A stretch of 64,000 bases of DNA, filler included, from an uncultured Methanosarcinales archaeon (GTDB lineage Archaea > Nanobdellota > Nanobdellia > Woesearchaeales > CAYXTQ01), in NCBI GenBank assembly GCA_964608065.1. It is 4 parts of 4 records of this genome, joined end to end, with 100 filler letters (N's around TTAATTAATTAA, not from the genome) between each part and the next. Parts side by side here need not be neighbours in the genome. Positions count along the whole stretch, not along the records: positions 59,385 to 64,000 come from CAZSMA010000096.1; 3 more parts are not named here. One strand, written 5' to 3'. Shown in pieces: positions 60,048-64,000 of this stretch. The translations under genes were made by a program, and so were the position numbers. Below the pieces are notes generated by a model. That model saw only the letters and a program-made list of their open reading frames with translations. It was not told where the DNA came from and searched no databases. Position 1 is the stretch's first letter; each line of letters starts with the position of its first letter.

Positions 60048-60800
60048 GTGGTAATAATGGTTAAAATAGGTATAATTGGTGGCTCAGGATTAGAAGATCC
60101 TAAAATATTAAAGGATGCTAAGGAAAAGGAAGTTAAAACACCTTATGGTAATGCTAAAGTCACTGTTGGTAATATTGAGAATATTGATATTGTCTTAATC
60201 TCAAGGCATGGAAAACAACATACAATTACTCCAACACATGTTAACAACAGAGCTAATATTGATGCTTTAAAAAAGGAAAAATGCACTCATATAATTGCAA
60301 CAACTGCTTGCGGAAGTTTAAGAAAAAATATTGGAAGAGGAGATTTGGTGATTCTGGACCAGTTTATTGATTTCACAAGATTAAGGAATTTATCATTCTA
60401 TGATAAGTTTGAGCCTCATAAACCAATCCATGTTTCTATGGCAGAGCCATTTTCCAAGGAATTAAGAGAAATTTTAATTGATACTGCTAAAGAATTGAAA
60501 CTAAAACATCATGGAAAAGGAACTGTAATTACAATTGAAGGTCCAAGGTTTTCAACAAAAGCTGAAAGTAAAATGTTTTCAAGCTGGGGTGCAGATGTAA
60601 TCAATATGAGCATTGCTCCTGAATGTATTTTAGCTAATGAAGCAGAAATACCTTATGCTGTTGTAGCTATGAGCACTGATTATGATTGTTTATTTGATGA
60701 TGTTGAACCTGTAACATGGGAAGAGATATTGAAAGTTTTCAAACAGAATGTAGATAAAGTGACAAGTTTATTGATTAAATCTATTCCTAAAATTCAATAA
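60048..60800 (+). CDS. mtnP: 5'-methylthioadenosine / 5'-deoxyadenosine phosphorylase
   Basis: IGIIGGSG, TPYG, RHG..H, DQFIDFT, IEGPRFSTKAES and STDYD motifs. Confidence 0.93.
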   Translation: MVIMVKIGIIGGSGLEDPKILKDAKEKEVKTPYGNAKVTVGNIENIDIVLISRHGKQHTITPTHVNNRANIDALKKEKCTHIIATTACGSLRKNIGRGDLVILDQFIDFTRLRNLSFYDKFEPHKPIHVSMAEPFSKELREILIDTAKELKLKHHGKGTVITIEGPRFSTKAESKMFSSWGADVINMSIAPECILANEAEIPYAVVAMSTDYDCLFDDVEPVTWEEILKVFKQNVDKVTSLLIKSIPKIQ

Positions 60801-61800
60801 TTACTTTAATAGAATTTTTAGCTTCAGAAACAAGCTTAAAACCTTTTTTTATTTCTTCTAATTTCAATCTGTGTGTTATCATATCTTTGACATTAATTTT
60901 TCTTTTTTTGATTAGTTCAATAGCTTCCTTTAAATCTTTTTCAACAGCTGCATAAGTTGTAGTTAATGTTATTCCTTTCATCCATAGTTCATTGAATGGG
61001 ATTTCAACTTTAGTGTTGGGGTCTGTTGGAGCAAACCATAAAATTGTTCCGCTTTTTTCAACTGAGTTTAATGCTTGTTTTATTGCAGGCAAAGCACCTG
61101 TACATACAATTACTTTGTCTGCTAACTGGTTGATTAATCCTTTAACTTTATTTGGTACATCTTCCTTGGCATTTATTACAAAATCAGCTCCTAATTTTTT
61201 TGCTGATTTTAACCTGAATTCATCAATGTCTGTTGCAATAACTTTTGCACCTTTTAACTTAGCTAATTGGATATGTAATAATCCAGAAATACCGCTTCCA
61301 ATGACTAGGACTGTATCCCCTTTCTTAATATCAGCAATTCTTTGGCCTCTGACAACACATCCTAATGGCTCTATAAAAGTTCCATCTTCAAAATCAATTT
61401 CTTTTGGCAACTTAAAGGTTCCATTTTCTATATTTATTTTTGGAATTCTAATAAATTCAGAAAAACCACCAGGATGAAAATTAGTTTTTTTTAATGTGTC
61501 ACAAGCAATGTGTTTGTCATTTAAGCAGTACTTGCATTTATTGCATGGAACATGGTGTGTGGAAAAAACAATGTCGCCTTTCTTATAACTTTTTACATTT
61601 TTTCCTGTTTCAACAACTTCTCCTGTCATTTCATGACCAAGAACTAAAGGTGCTTTCTTAGCTCTGTACCATTCCATCACATCACTGCCGCAAATACCGC
61701 ATGCTTTAGTTTTTACAAGAATTTCATTATCATTTATTTTAGGTTTTGGAAGTTCTTCTATTCTAATGTCGTTGTTGTTGTAGTAAACTGCTGCTTTCAT
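60787..61800 (-). CDS. Zn-dependent MDR dehydrogenase (sorbitol/threonine DH-like)
   Basis: CGICGSD, LGHE, CNKCKYC...C, EPLGC, GSGISG, and DID (NAD-preferring). Confidence 0.92.
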   Translation of the reverse strand: MKAAVYYNNNDIRIEELPKPKINDNEILVKTKACGICGSDVMEWYRAKKAPLVLGHEMTGEVVETGKNVKSYKKGDIVFSTHHVPCNKCKYCLNDKHIACDTLKKTNFHPGGFSEFIRIPKINIENGTFKLPKEIDFEDGTFIEPLGCVVRGQRIADIKKGDTVLVIGSGISGLLHIQLAKLKGAKVIATDIDEFRLKSAKKLGADFVINAKEDVPNKVKGLINQLADKVIVCTGALPAIKQALNSVEKSGTILWFAPTDPNTKVEIPFNELWMKGITLTTTYAAVEKDLKEAIELIKKRKINVKDMITHRLKLEEIKKGFKLVSEAKNSIKVIIEF

Positions 61801-62063
61801 CTTTTATAGATATACTTTAACCAAATTTTTTTTAAAAAACGAAGAGACAAAATAGATAATATAAATCCAATTGTGGGCACTAAAGCACTAAGCCATGGAT
61901 ACGGAACTTTTATGATCTTTAAGAAGATAACTATAATCAAATAAGTCATAATAGAAATAAGCAATTTTCTTGTAAAACTTGTTTCCCAAGCCTTATCCTT
62001 CTCAACCTTTGTGTTCCTCTCAATTATAGATTTAATTTGTTTATCCATTCTAACCAACATCAA
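61797..62063 (-). CDS. Small 2-TM membrane protein
   Basis: ERN.KVE.DKAWETS.TR, ALVPTIGFILS; ATGA overlap with the dehydrogenase gene. Confidence 0.75.
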   Translation of the reverse strand: MMLVRMDKQIKSIIERNTKVEKDKAWETSFTRKLLISIMTYLIIVIFLKIIKVPYPWLSALVPTIGFILSILSLRFLKKIWLKYIYKR

Positions 62064-62094
62064 AATTCAATTTTAAAATAAAAAAAAAAAAAAA

Positions 62095-62889
62095 TTACTT
62101 TTTCTTTTTGCTTAGCTCTTCATATAACTGATAAGCTTCTTTAACAGTTGCTTTTTCATGGACAACTGCTCTTACAGATTTTATCATTGCTATTGGGTTT
62201 TCTGACTGGAAAATGTTTCTTCCCATGTCAACTCCAACTGCTCCTGCTGTAATAGCATCATGAGCTAATTTTAAAGCATCTTTTTCAGGAATCTTTTTAC
62301 CGCCTGCTATGACTAATGGTACTGGTGTGTTCTCTACCATTTTGTCAAAACCTTCTTCGCAATAATAAGTTTTTACCCATGAAGCTCCTAGTTCAGCTGC
62401 TATTCTGCAGGCTAGTCCTAAGTAACGAGCATCTCTTACCATTTCTTTTCCAACTGCAGTTACTGCTAAGACTGGAATTCCGTATTGTTCACCCTGGTCA
62501 ATTAATTTTGTCAGATTTTTTAGGCCTTGTTTTTCAAATTTAGATCCAACATATATTGAGTATGCAACTCCTGATGCATTTAACCTTACAGCGTCTTCCA
62601 TAGATACTGTGATTTCTTCATTAGAAAGATCTTCTGATAATATGCTGTTGCATCCAGAGACTCTTAATACAATTGGATTGTCAACACCAGGATCAATAGA
62701 TGTTCTTAACGCGCCCCTCGTTAACATCAAACAATCAGCATATGGTGCTAATGGCATTACAGCTTTGTTTAGATTCTTTAAACCAGTTGTTGGTCCTAGA
62801 AAATAACCATGATCTACAGCTAACATAACAGTTTTACCAGTATTTGGTTTTATAATTCTTTTTATTCTATTTGCTTTTCCCCAATCCAT
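62095..62889 (-). CDS. lsrF: LsrF-type 3-hydroxy-5-phosphonooxypentane-2,4-dione thiolase (class I aldolase fold)
   Basis: DWG, TGKTVMLA.DHGYF.GPTTGL, SMEDAVRLN, VGKEMVRD.RY, KTYY, IAGGKK and GVDMGRNIFQS match E. coli LsrF as recalled. Confidence 0.88.
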   Translation of the reverse strand: MDWGKANRIKRIIKPNTGKTVMLAVDHGYFLGPTTGLKNLNKAVMPLAPYADCLMLTRGALRTSIDPGVDNPIVLRVSGCNSILSEDLSNEEITVSMEDAVRLNASGVAYSIYVGSKFEKQGLKNLTKLIDQGEQYGIPVLAVTAVGKEMVRDARYLGLACRIAAELGASWVKTYYCEEGFDKMVENTPVPLVIAGGKKIPEKDALKLAHDAITAGAVGVDMGRNIFQSENPIAMIKSVRAVVHEKATVKEAYQLYEELSKKKK

Positions 62890-62955
62890 TTTTGATTACC
62901 CCCTAATCTTTTATTTAATTGGAAAAGTTATTGAATGTTTATAAAGGTTTCTAAC

Positions 62956-63999
62956 TTATTTAAACAAACTTATAATACCTTTCTTATTAGCTTTAATAAC
63001 CCCTTTTTCAGTTATAATCCCAGAAATATACTTAGCAGGTGTTATATCAAATGCAGGGTTAAGTGCTTTGCTTTGTTTTGGAGAGATTCTTACTTTTTTT
63101 ATTTCATTGTTATCTGTGCCTTGCACTAGGTGTACTTCATCTTCATCTCTTTCTTCTATGGGGATTTTATCTCCATTAATGCATTCTAAGTCAATAGTTG
63201 AAGTTGGAGCTGCAACATAGAATGGAATATTATTTTCTTTAGCTAAAACAGCTTTTTCATAAGTTCCTATTTTATTTGCAACATCACCATTAACAGCTAT
63301 TCTATCTGCTCCTACAATGCAGATATTAATTTCCTTTTTTCTCATATAATAGCCAGCAGCATTGTCAGCTATTATAGCATGAGGAATTTTTTCTTCTGCC
63401 ATTTCAAATGCTGTTAACCTAGCACCCTGTAATCTAGGCCTTGTTTCATCAACAAAAACAAATATTTTCTTGCCAGAATAATGTGCAGTTCTTATTGGAG
63501 CTAAAGCTGTTCCATAATCAACAGTAGCTAATGCTCCTGCATTGCAATGTGTTAGAATTTTGTAATTGTTTTTAATTAATTTATTTCCAAATTCACCAAT
63601 TTTTTTTGTATTTTCAACACTTTTATTAGCATATTGTTGTGCAACTTTATATGGGTCTTTATTATTTTTTATTGCTTTAAACACAAAATCCAACCCATCT
63701 TTTAGATCATAAGCAGTTGGCCTTGTTTCTAATAATATTTTATAGGATTCTTTGATATAATCAAGAAATTTATTTTTATTTCCATTAAATAGCATAGCAG
63801 CTTGAGCTAGGCCAAATGCTGCTGTTGCTCCTATTGCAGGAGCACCTCTTACAATCATTGTTTTGATTGCATAAGCTGTCTCTCCAGTAGTTTTTAAGTC
63901 AACTATCTCAAACTTATGAGGCAGCAAAAGCTGATTAATCATACTGATTATTTTTCCTTTCATCCATACTGTCCTATAATCTTTATTGTTAATTTTCAA
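62956..63999 (-). CDS. mtnA: Methylthioribose-1-phosphate isomerase
   Basis: MIVRGAPAIG, TRPTA, LTHCNAGALATVDYGTAL, DETRPRLQGARLT, GADRI..NGDVANKIGTY and NPAFDITP motifs. Confidence 0.96.
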   Translation of the reverse strand: MKINNKDYRTVWMKGKIISMINQLLLPHKFEIVDLKTTGETAYAIKTMIVRGAPAIGATAAFGLAQAAMLFNGNKNKFLDYIKESYKILLETRPTAYDLKDGLDFVFKAIKNNKDPYKVAQQYANKSVENTKKIGEFGNKLIKNNYKILTHCNAGALATVDYGTALAPIRTAHYSGKKIFVFVDETRPRLQGARLTAFEMAEEKIPHAIIADNAAGYYMRKKEINICIVGADRIAVNGDVANKIGTYEKAVLAKENNIPFYVAAPTSTIDLECINGDKIPIEERDEDEVHLVQGTDNNEIKKVRISPKQSKALNPAFDITPAKYISGIITEKGVIKANKKGIISLFK

Positions 64000-64000
64000 C

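Noticed and set aside
62095..62889. lsrF as evidence of AI-2 quorum sensing
   Set aside because: No luxS, lsrK, lsrG, lsrR or lsrACDB nearby; the context is mtnA/mtnP.

Overview
AT-rich archaeal DNA, most consistent with a DPANN lineage such as Woesearchaeales. This is inferred from the rpoH-rpoB''-rpoB'-rpoA'-rpoA''-rpl30e-nusA-rps12-rps7 operon, class I CCA enzyme, Dph2, ZPR1, BHB tRNA introns and class III signal-peptide genes. The window is a concatenation of contigs: N-runs, three of them carrying an artificial TTAATTAATTAA linker (20446, 39997, 59329), so adjacency across those linkers means nothing. Main contents: an 11-kb glucosylglycerate/glycoside cluster (gpgS, gpgP, GH15-, GH130- and GH100-like hydrolases, ROK, two GT4s, PIG-L, SIS); an accessory island (20.5-27 kb) of secreted proteins bracketed by nested inverted repeats and an attC-like hairpin; two TA pairs; a metacaspase-like protease; a type IIG R-M enzyme; a Cas4-like nuclease; thyX-tmk-NUDIX; an APC permease-methyltransferase fusion; three intron-containing tRNAs; and a tandem pilin-like array. 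The top finding is the mtnA / lsrF / Zn-dehydrogenase / mtnP cluster at 60-64 kb. Its chemistry closes into a possibly undescribed oxidative 5'-deoxyadenosine salvage route to DHAP + acetyl-CoA (inference, untested). A dispersed tandem-hairpin repeat family also appears to have entered a protein-coding gene (nurA) and the 3' end of rpl30e.
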